Source of the DNA: Ascoidea asiatica JCM 7603 | Lineage: Eukaryota; Fungi; Ascomycota | NCBI GenBank assembly: GCA_001600695.1 | Contig: BCKQ01000004.1 | Location: 209,708-273,707 of the forward strand | Length of the DNA: 64,000 nucleotides | Direction: 5' to 3' | In this document: positions 1 through 13,300 of the stretch, one piece after another | Position numbering within the stretch: the stretch's first letter is position 1 | Layout: every line of letters begins with the position of its first letter | Made by a program: the position numbers and the translations under genes | The notes under the pieces: model-generated | Told to the model about the DNA's origin: nothing | What the model saw: the letters and a program-made list of their open reading frames with translations, nothing else | Databases searched by the model: none

Positions 1-95
<95 letters not shown>
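1..95. repeat. (TAT)n microsatellite encoding poly-Asn in RGA1
   Basis: Perfect trinucleotide run of about 31 units. Confidence 0.95.
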
Positions 96-1840
96 GTGCT
101 TGTATTAGTAGTAGTGTTACTACTACTACTACTGCCACTACTATTGTTTGAAGTAATGAATGATTGTCGAGAGACTTCATCTGGAGTTATTGAACGTGAA
201 ATTGGTTTCTTCTTGGGTGGTTGACTAAGATTAAAATTCAGAGGTACCATTCTATTATTATTATTGATATTACTGATATTATTATTATCAGATGAAATGG
301 ATAGAACTTGATTTGAGATTTTATCAGATCTTATGGAACTTTTTGCAGTTAATTGAGAATTACCACTTGAAGATCTTGAAGGAAGAAGTTGAATATTATC
401 TCTTTCTATTTGAAAAGGAGGAGCTAGTTCAGTTGGAGAAGTGATTGAATTAGCATCATCATTTTTTTGTTGAGCCTGTTTCTTTGAAGGTAATAAATCA
501 TCCATTAATATTGGAATATCAATTTTTGGTGGAGGAGATTTTGAATTTGATCTTAAACTATTAGAACTATAATTAGAATTTTTTAATAAAAATAAAGAAT
601 TTCTTTTTTTGGAGTTAATATTTGAATTTGTTGGTATTGTTGCAGAAGTTGGAGTATTAATTGTATAATTTGAGATATAATTTGAATTGGAAGTAAAAGA
701 TTGAATATGAGATTGAGGTTGTGACTGAGATTGTGTTGGTTGTTGTTGTTGAGATTGAGAAATTAATTGAGATGTAGGATTATACAGACTATGAGGTTGA
801 GAATGTGGTTGATAGAGAGAATTTTGTTGAATTGGAGTTTGATTAGAATTTGGATTTGAGTTTAAATTTAAATTTGAATTCATTCTTGGAGTATTATTAG
901 TAGTTTGAGATTGAGTTGGTAAATTATTTTCAGGAGGAATTGCAGGAAGAGATTTATTTCTAAATTGTTGCTGTTGTTGTTGTTGTTGTAAAGATTGTAA
1001 TTTTTTAGCAACATCTCTTGCTTTCCTTTCAGCTTCATGTTTCCTTCTTTTAGCTAATAATTTTTCATGACATTCCATACAAAATAAACCTTTTGAAGTT
1101 CTTGCATATCTATAAACTTCAATTCTTTTTTTACAATTTCTACAACAAAAACAATTTGAGCAATAAGCTTCATCACCAGTTAATATAGCTAAATCACTTA
1201 TTTTTTTATGACAAGCTTTACAATAATAAGTACAATCTTCACAAACTAAAGCACCAGTACCTAACACTAAAAATTCAGAATCAATACCTAATTGTTTTGA
1301 ACAATTTGAACAACTAAAACAATCCATATGCCATCTATCATCACCTAATTCGAAAGCATGACCTTCAATTATTGGTAATAAACAACGTTTACATAATTGA
1401 TTTTTAGATTCATCTTCATTTATTTTATCATCATTATTGATATCATTTTGATTAGAATTGGTAATATTATTATCAGTATTATTAATTGAATTTGATATGG
1501 CGGTTGAAGTTAAGTTATTATCAGTATTTAACTCAAGATTGATATCTATGTCATTGAGGTTTGAGTTATTAGTAGATTGGTTATGCACCTGAGCATGATT
1601 GTGATCATTATCATTAACATTAAGATTATCATTGTTATTATCGTTATTATTTGTAGTAGTATAATCAATAGATGTATAATAATCATTTTGATTATTTTTG
1701 TTGTTATAATCTATATTATTTGAATTGATATTTTTATTAATGATTGAAGAATTAAAATCTTCATTATCATTAATATCAGATATTTGATCATTTCCTATAT
1801 ATGGAGTTGAAGAACTATGAGATATTTGAACTGAAGTCAT
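1..1840 (-). CDS. RGA1: LIM-domain Rho GTPase-activating protein (Rga1/Rga2 family), N-terminal part; runs off the window start
   Basis: Hand translation from ATG at 1840 (MTSVQISHSS...) gives tandem LIM domains: CKRCLLPIIEGHAFELGDDRWHMDCFSCSNC...CEDC...CKACHKKISDLAILTGDEAYCSNCFCCRNCKKRIEVYRYARTSKGLFCMECH. Absent from the ORF track because there is no stop in the window. The GAP domain lies outside the window. Confidence 0.85.
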
Positions 1841-2718
1841 TAATTATAAGAGTGAGAGTTTTGTGATTTGAGGTATAAATTGATATATGATGGATATAGG
1901 ATTGATATAATTGTAGTGTTAAATATTTAAAGATTAAAAGATTGAATATTATAAGTTAATATTGGTGATATATTAAAGAATAAAGAATAGAAAATAGAAA
2001 ATAAAAAATAGAAAATAGAGAATAAAGAATAAAGAATAAAGAATAAAGAATAAAGAGTAAAGAATTGAATGAAAAATAGATAACAGATACTGTAATAAAA
2101 ATTCAAGATAAAGATTAAGAGTAAAGAATAAAACAAAAGAGAGTGAAAGTAATTGTTCTTTGAAATAAATTGTGGTTTTTGATTTAACCAATGATTTTTT
2201 AGTATCAGTATTATTTCTATTTTATTATTTTACAAAAGATTGAGAGTGAATTAGTTGTAGATGGAATGTGAAATATAATTTGATACAGGAGTTGAACAAT
2301 ACAATAAGCTGTAAATAGTGTTTAAGCTTGAGTTTGAAAGTGGATTGAATTTGACTTGAGCATGCAAACAAATAATAAATAATAATTAAAGATAATAAAT
2401 AAATAAATATAAATGCAAATAAATAAGAAATGATATAAGAAGTTAAAGGACTTACGTCAAAAGTAAATAAAATAGAATAGAATAGAGTAAAGTAAATTAG
2501 AATAGAAATAGATATAAAAATAAAGATAGAAATAAATATGATAAATAAGATAAATATGATAAATATGGTTAACAGTGCAAATGTTACGAAGATTTGGATA
2601 TTTGGGATATCTGGATACTTGGATATTTGCTCTAGAGTACAGTAAGTAGTTTTGGTAACAGAAAGTTAACTTCACCACCAAAAACTGAGTGTTAAAGAAA
2701 GAGTGATAATTAATACTG

Positions 2719-2819
2719 CTACTACTACCACCACTACTACCACTACTACCACTACTACCACTACTACCACTACTACCACTACTACCACTACTACCACTAC
2801 TACCACTACTACCACTACT
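2719..2819. repeat. (CCACTACTA)n 9-bp tandem repeat, about 10-11 copies
   Basis: Directly visible; explains the spurious poly-Thr and SSG ORFs. Confidence 0.95.
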
Positions 2820-2954
2820 GCTCTGCTCTGCTTCAGGATTCATTCTTCATTCTCGTGGATCTTCGCAGGTCTCCACGCGGTGGAAATCTGGCTCAGAATT
2901 CCCGCTTCCAGACACAGCGCCAGTAAAGGCCAAGACAAGGACAAAGACAGCGGA

Positions 2955-2999
2955 GGTACCAGCAAAGGTACCAGCAATGGTACCAGCAAAGGTACCAGC
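2955..2999. repeat. 12-bp tandem repeat GGTACCAGCAAW, about 3.7 copies
   Basis: Directly visible in the GC-rich island upstream of RGA1. Confidence 0.85.
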
Positions 3000-3290
3000 C
3001 ATCCAAGTTCCGCCACGTACTGAGCCACTTGATCCGCTCCTTGATCCGCTGTTTGTGCCTGCGTTTGTTTTGGCATGCAATTGATTCTTCTCACTTGGGA
3101 ATTTGCACTGCTGCTTTTACAACACTTCAACAATTAACGGCCATCGAAGGCTGAGCAGTTCTGCTTGCGGAATGAGAACACTTTGTGGCGAAGCTGCTGA
3201 AACAATAATACTCTACAGTTACTGTTACAAGAATATAGTGATGTAATATTGAATATTAAATATTGAGTAAAAAAAATAAAGTAATCCAAT

Positions 3291-4805
3291 TTAAGGAAGT
3301 TCACCAGGAACAGGATACTGACTAACCCAATCACTAACTTCTTTAGATAATTGTTTGATTTCTGGATCTTTATCAGCTTCAATTTTAAAATTCATTAATA
3401 AAGATTTTGGAGAATCACCTTGAACTTTTGATTTAATTTTAACAGCTAATTCAACAGCTTTATTAATATATTCAGAAACTTTTTCAAATTCATTTTCTTC
3501 AAAACCTCTTGTAGTCATTGCAGGTGTTCCAACTCTTAAACCATTTGGAAATAAAGCAGATTTATCACCAGGAATTGTATTTTTATTTGCAGCAATTTGA
3601 ATCCTTTCAAGAATTGCTTCAACTCTTGCACCATCAATATTTTTATTTTTTAAATCAATTAAAATTAAATGAGTATCTGTACCATTTGAAACTAATTTAA
3701 AATTTTTATTAATTAAAGAATTTGCAAAAAATTTTGCATTTTTAATTATTTTTTTTTGATATTCTTTAAATTCTATAGTTTGAACTTGTTTTAAAGCGAC
3801 AGCTAAAGCAGAAATTGTATGATTATGTGGACCACCTTGATGACCAGGAAATACAGAAAAATTTATTTTTTTATCTAAATCATAATAAATTTCTTTACCT
3901 TTTTTAGTAATTTTTTTAATACCTTTTCTATAAAAAATCATTGCACCTCTTGGACCTCTAAGAGATTTATGAGTTGTAGTTGTAACAATATCAGAATATG
4001 GAAATGGAGAATCTGTTACATTTGCAGAAACTAAACCAGAAATATGAGCCATATCAGACATAATATATGCACCAACTTTATCACCAATTTCTTTCATTTT
4101 TTTATAATTAATAATTCTTGAATAAGCAGAAGCACCTGCAACAATAATTTTTGGTCTAAATAATATTGCAGATTTTTCTAAAGCATCATAATCAATTAAA
4201 CCAGTTTCTTCATTTAATCTATATGGCATTGTTTGAAAATATTTTGAAACATAAGAAATTTTTGTTGAATTTGTTTGATAACCATGAGATAAATGTCCAC
4301 CATGTGGTAAATCTAAACCCATTAATCTATCACCAACATTTAAAATTGCAGAATATGTATAAAGATTTGCAGGTGCACCAGATAAAGATTGTACATTAAC
4401 ACCCCATTTTTCAGGATCTAAATTAAAAGCTTCTAAAGCTCTTTTTTGACAAAGAGATTCTGCTTTATCAATAAATTCATTACCACCATAATATCTTTCA
4501 CCAGGATAACCTTCAGAATATTTATTTTGCATTTGAGATCCTAATAAATCCATTACAGATTGGGATGTGAAATTTTCTGAAGGTATTAAAGTAATTGAAT
4601 TTTTTTGTCTTTTTTTTTCATTATTTAAAATTTCAAACATTTCTGGATCAATTTCATCAACATGTTTAGAAATTAAATTTTGTTCATTCAATGATAAAGA
4701 ATATGAACGATAAGATATTAAATTTGAATAATTATAACTTTTTTTAGCTAAAGTTATAGATTTTGAAGAATTTTTCAAAATATTTTTTGAAATGGAATTA
4801 AACAT
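3291..4805 (-). CDS. SHM1: Mitochondrial serine hydroxymethyltransferase
   Basis: [22 protein letters not shown] and PLP-lysine motif [12 protein letters not shown]; basic/Ser-rich N-terminal presequence. Confidence 0.95.
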   Translation of the reverse strand: MFNSISKNILKNSSKSITLAKKSYNYSNLISYRSYSLSLNEQNLISKHVDEIDPEMFEILNNEKKRQKNSITLIPSENFTSQSVMDLLGSQMQNKYSEGYPGERYYGGNEFIDKAESLCQKRALEAFNLDPEKWGVNVQSLSGAPANLYTYSAILNVGDRLMGLDLPHGGHLSHGYQTNSTKISYVSKYFQTMPYRLNEETGLIDYDALEKSAILFRPKIIVAGASAYSRIINYKKMKEIGDKVGAYIMSDMAHISGLVSANVTDSPFPYSDIVTTTTHKSLRGPRGAMIFYRKGIKKITKKGKEIYYDLDKKINFSVFPGHQGGPHNHTISALAVALKQVQTIEFKEYQKKIIKNAKFFANSLINKNFKLVSNGTDTHLILIDLKNKNIDGARVEAILERIQIAANKNTIPGDKSALFPNGLRVGTPAMTTRGFEENEFEKVSEYINKAVELAVKIKSKVQGDSPKSLLMNFKIEADKDPEIKQLSKEVSDWVSQYPVPGELP

Positions 4806-5159
4806 GATGATTTTTTTTTTATTTACTACTACTACTATTACTACTACTACAACAACTAATTTAATTTTTTCTTGGTTTTGTTTTCCTTTTTATTCGTCTT
4901 TTTCCTCTTATTCTTCTATGAGATTAACCTCTTTAAAAGTAGTTTACTTTACTTTACTTTACTTATTATATTACATTATCCATCCTATCAATCTATTATT
5001 CAATCAAGCATCCAGTAATAAAAAAGTTATTCACTTCGATTCTGCCTTAGCTTAGAACCATTATGGGTCCACAACAAAATCCAAGGTCAAAATTCTCGAG
5101 AATATTTTCAAAGATGTAAGTCAAAATAATGTAAGAAACCATAGATCTGGAAGTGGCAA

Positions 5160-5184
5160 ATGACTCACAAACACAAGCCACGTG
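5160..5184. promoter_or_regulatory. Gcn4/Bas1 site ATGACTCA (5160-5167) plus E-box CACGTG (5179-5184) upstream of SHM1
   Basis: Exact consensus matches about 355-380 bp upstream of the SHM1 ATG. Confidence 0.6.
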
Positions 5185-5476
5185 CGATGTCAGCTGACCT
5201 TGCACAATCTTAAAAAAACAAATCTTCAAATTTGGAAATTTCACTGAGTTCACTTTGCGACAAGTGACTTTGCCGAACGTTACAACCGAGAACATCGTCG
5301 GACTCTTTCCAGTTTCAGGTTCAGAACTCTTTAACGTTACTGGCCGAGGATAACTCACAGGTCGAGACCTCTCCCAGAGAAAGATCTGCCCACCAAAGGT
5401 TGCTTACCTAACTGAAGGAGGTGAGGCATGGTTTCTGCGTGTCTTTTTGCGTGGCTCCTGGAGGCTTTATTGTGGC

Positions 5477-5518
5477 TCCAGCGTAATTCCAGCGTAATTC
5501 CAGCGTAATTCCAGCGTA
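5477..5518. repeat. 11-bp tandem repeat TCCAGCGTAAT, about 4 copies
   Basis: Directly visible in the SHM1/AFI1 divergent promoter. Confidence 0.9.
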
Positions 5519-6890
5519 TTTTCAGTGGGTGCTCAGTGTCCAAACAGAGTCCCATACCCATAGTAGTGGTCAGTCTGTCCTCACGGTGTCCTCACGGTGT
5601 CCTCAGGTTGGACACTCAACACGCGTCCGAACAAGAGAACACCTCACTTTTCTTCTCTTCTCACCGGTGGCCATTCTTTCAGTTACGGTTCACTGTACAA
5701 AAATGGCCTATTATTTCCCTGATGGCTATTATTTCTCATTTCATTGTTCTGAGTTGGCGAGCTCACCCGCTCTGCTCCACTCAACTCTGCCTTTATCATA
5801 AAGTATTATCCTTCTAAAATGATACTATTTACCTTTACTACTTTTGCTTTCTTCACTTGAAGATCACGAGAAATACCTCTCAATAGTAGAACAGCTACGC
5901 TTTTAATTCTCGACTTCATCCCTTTATTCAGACAACTTTCTGTCTTGAGACTGTGATGTGACACACCTGTTCTAGCCATAACCTCTGCTCCACAGTGCTG
6001 AATCCGTACTTTAATTATTATTTTCGTTTTCTTTCTAACATAAAACATTCAAATTTCACATATAAAAACTGAAAAACCTGAAAAAATTACAAAATTACAA
6101 AATATATTAAAAAAACACATAAAAAAAACACCTAAATTATATAAAAATACACAATACATTTAAAGTGATAAAATGTTAAAAACTTAAAGATAACAATAGA
6201 AATTTAATAAAAAAAAAACGTTGTAACTAAAATAAAAAATAACTTGTTCAAGTTATTTATTTTGGTCCATTAAAACTTATATTTCATAACATTTATAATC
6301 TCTTACATCTTCATAACATTTTTCATCTGATTTTTACCTAATTTCAACTAAATTAATAATAATTATATCATAATATCATATTAATAATAATAAAATAACA
6401 AATAAATCTCAATTCCAATTTCAATTCTAATTTCATATTCAATAAATCTCAATTTCATTAAATCTCAATCTCAGTCTCAATCTCAATATTCATCTTCATC
6501 TCAATTTCTAAAATATAAATATTTTTTTCAATCTAAAATTTATTATATTATTCCCTTTTCTTAATATTATTTGTTTTACATTAATACAATATAATACAAT
6601 ACAATAATTCATTCAATCACAATTCAAAATCATATCTTTCTTCTAAAAAAAATTGTATGTCTATGGTATAACTTTCTATTAATATTCCTTAATTACTAAA
6701 TACTATATTTCTCACAAATAAATAAAAAGTGTATAATTTATATACTTATGTATATATAATTTATTTATATATATATATATATATATAAAGTATATATTTA
6801 TACTCTATATTCCTATAAAAATAATGAAAAATATAGATATATAATATAGAATAATATAATATAATATAATATAATATAAGATATAAAAAA

Positions 6891-9731
6891 ATGTTCTCGA
6901 ATAATAAAGCAATAAAATACTTAATATCATCAGAATTTGATATAAATTTAGGTCCAACAATTAATCATCAATATCCAACTAAAATTCCTGGTGATTTACC
7001 TTATTTTCCTGAATTATTATTACCTGATCAAATTCATACTAGATCTCAAGATTGGACAATAATTATTTTACATAAACATAAAAATTCAAATTCTTATAAA
7101 TATTTCATCGATAATAATAATAATAATCATAATAATAATAATAATGAAAATAATAATAATGAAAATGAAAATAACTTTGATAATGATTATAATGATTTTC
7201 AAAATAATAATAGCAATAAATTCGAATATGATGATGATATTTTATTCATATTAAATGTCGTTAATACTAGATTCAATCAAAATGTTCATAGAAATACAAT
7301 CATTAAAGGTTTAGCTTTAGCAACAAATTATCATTTTTTTCAAATTTTTAAACCTTTATTATTAATAACTTTAGATAAATTATTTGAAATTCAGATACAT
7401 TCAAAAAATTTAAATTCAAATTCAAATTTAAATCAATCTCAATTAATACTTAAAAATCTTTATGATACTTTAAATAATTTACCAATTTTAAATAATTTAC
7501 CTTCAATAAATTTCGAAAAAAATTTATTAATTAATTCAATTTTAAATTTTCCAATTGATAATCATATAAATTATTTATTATCTTTATTTAATACAAATAA
7601 AAATAAAAATAATACTAATTTTACTTTAATTATTAAAAATAATATTAATAATAATATTAAAAATAATTCTTTAAATATTAAAAATAATCATATTGAAATT
7701 TTTTTAAATTATTTAAATTTTAAAATTCCTTTAAGAATTCCTTTATTACAATTACCTCAATCAATTGATGATTCTTCAATAAAATTATTTTTTAATCAAT
7801 TTTTAAATTCAACTTTAATTTATTCTAATTTTTATCCCGAATTAACAATTTATGGTAAATCAACTCCAACAATAATTGTTTTAATTAATGCATTTTTAAC
7901 TCATAAAAAAATTTTTTATCTTGGTAATAAAAAACCTGCTAATGAAATTTGTCAATATATTTTTTCAACTATAAATTTAATTTCTGGTGGTGGTATATTA
8001 TCTGGTATATTAAATAAAACTTTTCCATATATTGATTTATCAAAATATGATTTAATTGAATCTTTAGATTGGTTTTTTGCTGGAACTGCAAATCCAACTT
8101 TTAAATTACATGATGAATTATGGGATGTATTATATGATATGGAAACAAATGAATTATTTTTATCAACTTCTTCTGTTTCAAATCCAAATATTCTTTCTTC
8201 TCAAGCTCAAAATCAGGCTCAATATAATAATATCCTTCCTCCTCCTTCTCGTTCACATTCAATCTCTAATCAATCAACTCAATTATACCATTCAATCACT
8301 AAATCTTTTTCAATTAAAAGTTTTAATAATAATAACAATAATAATAGTACAAATAGTAGAGCTAGTTGTTATACAAGTGCTTCGTCTGTTGATTCAAGTT
8401 TTAAAGGAAATAGCACAAAAAGTTTGTCAAACTCAACTCCCTATTCAAGTTATTATGCTTCAAGTCAATATTATAATGATGATGATATTAATACTACTGG
8501 AAATGAATCTTTGAATCCAGTTGCTTCTTTATACTCTGGAAATAATATCACTACAAATCCTAATGGGTCAATCATAAATAATAATATTAATGCAAATCTG
8601 AGCTTCACTAATACATGTACCCCATTGACAACAATAAATAGCTACGAATCTGATTTTTTGAACCCTAATGAGCTTCAACATATAAACACTTCATTTATGA
8701 ATAATAAAATAAGAAATCAAGAAAATCCAATAATTTTAGAAGATGCTAATTTCTTATCAAAACTACAATCGATGATTTATCTAAAACAAGATGATCAAAC
8801 GATTTTATTAACTTTCAGACAACATATAAATCAAATATTAAGAATATTTCAAAGTGAGAAGGACAATGATTTTTTTTCAGAGGAAATTTCTAATAAATTT
8901 CGAAATGCAAATTCCATTAATAGCCCATTTAGCATTAACATGTTTGGTTCGAGATCTAGAAAATCCAGTAATTCTGACAGTCTTTCTTTCATTCCTGGTT
9001 CTTCATATAATAGAAGTCCATATATAATCCCTGGTTCTGGGTACTACTGGTCTTCAAAAACGGATCGCGCAAACGATCTTCGGACATATTATATTGTCTA
9101 TAAGAATAGTAAAATTTTAGCCAGTAAAAACTATGAAAGAACATTATTCTATTATTTCGATAAACAAAACATATTAAATAATCTTGGCTTATGGGTGGAT
9201 GTACCCTATCATTTATTATCCCTTTCAAGAAATCCAAATTTATCTCTGATTAAAATCAATGAAATTTATTCTTCTTTCTTGAAGTACTTAACCTCAGCAA
9301 GAATGGCGGAAATCTTTTTGTTAAACGTTTACCTATTACCTTCGTATTCCTTAAATGATACAAATTCTGATAAACTTGATTCTTTTGATCAAAATGATGG
9401 TATAGAATTGTTGTCAATGAATTTATTTCATCCAGATTCAAAGGTGAAAAAAAATGTTTTAGAATTATTGTTAGAAATTGAAAAAAATCTAATTGGTAAT
9501 ATTATTGTTAAAAAAGGAATGAATCCGTTCATAAAAATAGCTTTTAATACAATTAAAAAGTCTTATAAAGAGAAAATGAAGCTTAAAGAAAAAAAGAAAC
9601 AAAGGCCAAAGATCAGAGTTACGCCCAGTCAAACATTTGATCAAAAAAATTTATTCTCAATACCATCTTTGCCAGAATATCCAGAGTATTCTTTGCCAAC
9701 ACCAAGAAGGGGATCTCTAAGGGACTTTTGA
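6891..9731 (+). CDS. AFI1: Arf3-interacting polarity protein Afi1 (Afi1 + SPA domains)
   Basis: N-terminal YLISSEFDINLGPTINHQYP...PELLLPDQIH; central FPYIDLSK...FFAGTANPTF...WDVLYD. Confidence 0.85.
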   Translation: MFSNNKAIKYLISSEFDINLGPTINHQYPTKIPGDLPYFPELLLPDQIHTRSQDWTIIILHKHKNSNSYKYFIDNNNNNHNNNNNENNNNENENNFDNDYNDFQNNNSNKFEYDDDILFILNVVNTRFNQNVHRNTIIKGLALATNYHFFQIFKPLLLITLDKLFEIQIHSKNLNSNSNLNQSQLILKNLYDTLNNLPILNNLPSINFEKNLLINSILNFPIDNHINYLLSLFNTNKNKNNTNFTLIIKNNINNNIKNNSLNIKNNHIEIFLNYLNFKIPLRIPLLQLPQSIDDSSIKLFFNQFLNSTLIYSNFYPELTIYGKSTPTIIVLINAFLTHKKIFYLGNKKPANEICQYIFSTINLISGGGILSGILNKTFPYIDLSKYDLIESLDWFFAGTANPTFKLHDELWDVLYDMETNELFLSTSSVSNPNILSSQAQNQAQYNNILPPPSRSHSISNQSTQLYHSITKSFSIKSFNNNNNNNSTNSRASCYTSASSVDSSFKGNSTKSLSNSTPYSSYYASSQYYNDDDINTTGNESLNPVASLYSGNNITTNPNGSIINNNINANLSFTNTCTPLTTINSYESDFLNPNELQHINTSFMNNKIRNQENPIILEDANFLSKLQSMIYLKQDDQTILLTFRQHINQILRIFQSEKDNDFFSEEISNKFRNANSINSPFSINMFGSRSRKSSNSDSLSFIPGSSYNRSPYIIPGSGYYWSSKTDRANDLRTYYIVYKNSKILASKNYERTLFYYFDKQNILNNLGLWVDVPYHLLSLSRNPNLSLIKINEIYSSFLKYLTSARMAEIFLLNVYLLPSYSLNDTNSDKLDSFDQNDGIELLSMNLFHPDSKVKKNVLELLLEIEKNLIGNIIVKKGMNPFIKIAFNTIKKSYKEKMKLKEKKKQRPKIRVTPSQTFDQKNLFSIPSLPEYPEYSLPTPRRGSLRDF

Positions 9732-10308
9732 ATAAACTAGCTTTAAGTATGCTAAGCTACTTTTGTCTCCTTTGAATTTTTTATTTTTTTTTACTAAAAC
9801 TAAAAAAACTAAGTCTTAATTTCAATTCCACTTTTCTATTTCCATTCCACTTTTCTATTTCCATTTGTTTTTATCATTTGTTTCTCTTTTCTTTAATTCT
9901 CTTCAAATGTATTAAAATTACTTATTTTACCTGTTCTTTGCTACTTTTCTTTTTTTTATAGGTTTTTAATGATTTAGATTTTTGTTTTAAAATAACTTTT
10001 TTATTAAAATTCGATTATCAATCTATATATTTAATTTTACTCAATATTTTCTTAGTTACTTATGTGGCAGAAATCATATTTAACGCGAGCTGAACATATA
10101 TCTGACATTAGATAAAATTTTTCCTTTAAAAACTTTAATACATTAAAAAAAATAATATAATGATAATAAAACTAATTTTACAAATTCTATTTTGCATTGC
10201 CATTTTTGACAATTCAAAATTGATGTCAACTTTGAATAGCAAGTTAGTAAAATACAAAGAAACCAACTGAAATTTGATTTAATTTGGTAAGCAAATTAAA
10301 TTAAATGA

Positions 10309-13300
10309 TCAAAATCTCATTCTTGTGCCAAAGTTACTAGAGATACTAGCGATATCATCTTCAATATTTTTCCCACTGGAATATCTTCCTTCATAAGAGT
10401 TATTATTATTGAGCTGTTCTAGCTTTGCACTGAAATCAGTTTGGACCTTACCAGAAGAATTATAAAAAGCAGCTTGATTGGAATTTCTAAGCTCATTTAT
10501 TTCACGAGATCCAGCCTGGTTAAAACCAGTATTGAAAGTATCAAATGAGTTTAAACTTTCTGGAATATAGGAAACTAGCGAAGAGGTATCAAAATCGTTA
10601 ACAGTGGAGGCCATGTCTGCAGTTGATGCTGCAAAATTGTTATTCTCGTTATATGGTCTATAAGTTTGATAGGAAGGAGTTTTTCTATTATTCAATTGCA
10701 CAGTACAAAGTTGCAAATTATCAAGAGGACCTTCAACTAAACATCCCTTTTCTCTAAAATGGGTCAATAAATTATTCCACAATGAATTCTTAGCTAAAGA
10801 TCTTGGATTACCCAAAATGATCAATCCGTATTTAGCTCTTGTAAGTGCAACATTAAGTCTTCTAGGGTCTGAAAGAAAACCTATTATTTTTCCTTCATTA
10901 GCACGGACACACGAAAGAATAATAAAATCCTTTTCTCGACCTTGAAAAGCATCAACACTAGCAACTTCAACATCCATATAAAGATCATTACTCAAAGAGC
11001 CATTATGCGTCATATATTGAGTTATATAAGCTCTTTGTCCTTCATAAGGGGTAATAATTCCAATTTGATTCGACTTAACACCATCATTAAATAATCTAGT
11101 TACAATTTTCTCAACATTAATGGCTTCTACACGATTCAAATAGGACGTTCCGGAAGCAGAAATTTCTTCTCTACCATAATTAGCCCAAAACATCATAGGA
11201 ATAGACAGAATTGGCCAAGGAAACAATGAGTTAGGAACTAATCTATCATCTGTAGTAACTCCATTTTGTAATGATCCTTCATAAAATACATTTGATGGAA
11301 ATTCAGAAAGGAACGGATTCATTCTGTATTGCACCTCTAACCTAATAGGAATGTGTCCGAGAAGAACTAGTCTTTCAAATAAAGACTGCTTTAAGCCAGC
11401 ATCACCTGCCTTTTTATCAAGAATTACTGGACCAAGCTGTTGATGGTCACCAACAAGAATCACCTGTTTGGCACCTTTTATTATTGGAATAAGACACTCA
11501 GGTTCAGAGGCTTGTGTACTTTCATCAATAAGAACAGTTCTAAATTTAGAGGTTGCTAATCTTTTATCACCTGCACCAACACAAGTACAACAAACTACAT
11601 CACAAGAACTTAGCAACTTATTTTCAGCTCTTCTTATTAATTTTAGATATTTTTTAGAATCATTAGATGACAATTCCCCAACTTCTTCTTTTAACTTCAT
11701 TAATTTTTTGAGTTCCCCTTTAAGATTTGATTTAACAAGAGAATGCAAAGAAAGATGAGAAACAGAACTTTCAACATCCTCACGAGATCTAGCAGTAAGC
11801 CTGATGATTCTCAACCCTAAGGAAGAAAGTTTAGAGGCTAAATGATCAACTGCAACATTTGAAGGAGCACAAACCAATATTCTTTCTTTATTAATTTTAG
11901 AAAGGTGATAAACAATTGTTGCAGATGTTACAGTTTTACCAGTACCTGGTGGACCTTGAATTAAAGATAATGGACGTTGTAAAACAGCCTTTACAGCATT
12001 AGCTTGAGATATATTCAAATCGGTTAATTGTGGAAGAGAAAACTTTTGAGGTAATTTTACATCAAATTCGATTTCGGGTACATCATGACCTAATAATCTA
12101 TGATAAATATAACCAGAAACAGATTCTTTATCAACAGCAAATATTTTCATTGCAGTTTGCATTCTATCATATGAAGTACCTTTCCAAACAAAATCAGCTG
12201 TAAAACTGTTAGTTAAAGATACAGGTGGAGGGTTTCTTTGATTACATAATTCCAAAGTAAATTCTTCTTGATAAGCAGAAGGTAATTTTACAATAAAACC
12301 ATTACATTCCCAAGGTTCATGTTCAGTTCCGGAATATCTTAATACCATTTCATCACCAACTGCAACTTTTAATTCATTCGATTCAAAAGTTGATAAAGCG
12401 AAAGAAGCAAGATGACGATTATTTAAACCAAGAGACCATTTTACAGATATATGCTCTAAACCTTGAGATTCTTTTAAATGTTTATCATAATCAGCTTCTA
12501 ATTTAACAAGAGGACCAAAAGATCTTTGATATTCATAAGCATCTTTGTAACGCATAAGAATTGGAAATATTTCTTCTTCTTCAGCAGTTGTTTTTTCAAT
12601 ATCTTCTAAAGTTGCATTTTTATTTAACCTCCATTGAGCTTCAAGTTTTGAAATTTGAGAAGGAGTTATTAAACGAGCATGAAGTTGATCCTCATCAGAA
12701 GGAACAGCAGCTATCCAAGATAAAAGCTGTCTATTTTCAATTAATGGTTGCCATTGCTCCGTATCCCAATTAACATCTTTTGACTGAGCACAAGGTAATC
12801 TACATAAAATAACTACAACAGATTCAGATTTAGCAGAAACATAACCTAAAATAAAAATATTTTTACTTCCACAATTATAACATTCTAAAGTTGTTTCACC
12901 AAGATCACAATCTGGATGTAACGATATAGAATTATGATGAGATATAACAAGATGTGTTATAATATGCGAACCAGAAGTTGATTGTTTTGAATTACAAAAC
13001 CATTTTTTACAAACTTCACATTTTGCAACACATGAGGTCGAATGAACCCCACAATAAACGCAAGCATGTAAGGGTAGTTCCTGAGGTTGATTTCCATCAG
13101 AATTGTTTTCTTCTATATCATCAATAATCTCATCAAATCTATCATTATCTTGAGCCGTAAGATTAAGATTTTGATTATTATTATGATTCTTATTATGATC
13201 GTGACTTGGAATTTGATTATTATTTTTATTTTCAGGAAAATCGCCTATTAAAGAAAGAGAATCATTGTCGCCAATAGTTGAAGGGACAAAATTACTATTG

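Noticed and set aside
2457-3133. Overlapping short ORFs with poly-Thr, SSG and PLLV repeats
   Set aside because: They are translations of stop-free tandem repeats in a promoter island; no family motif and atypical codon use.
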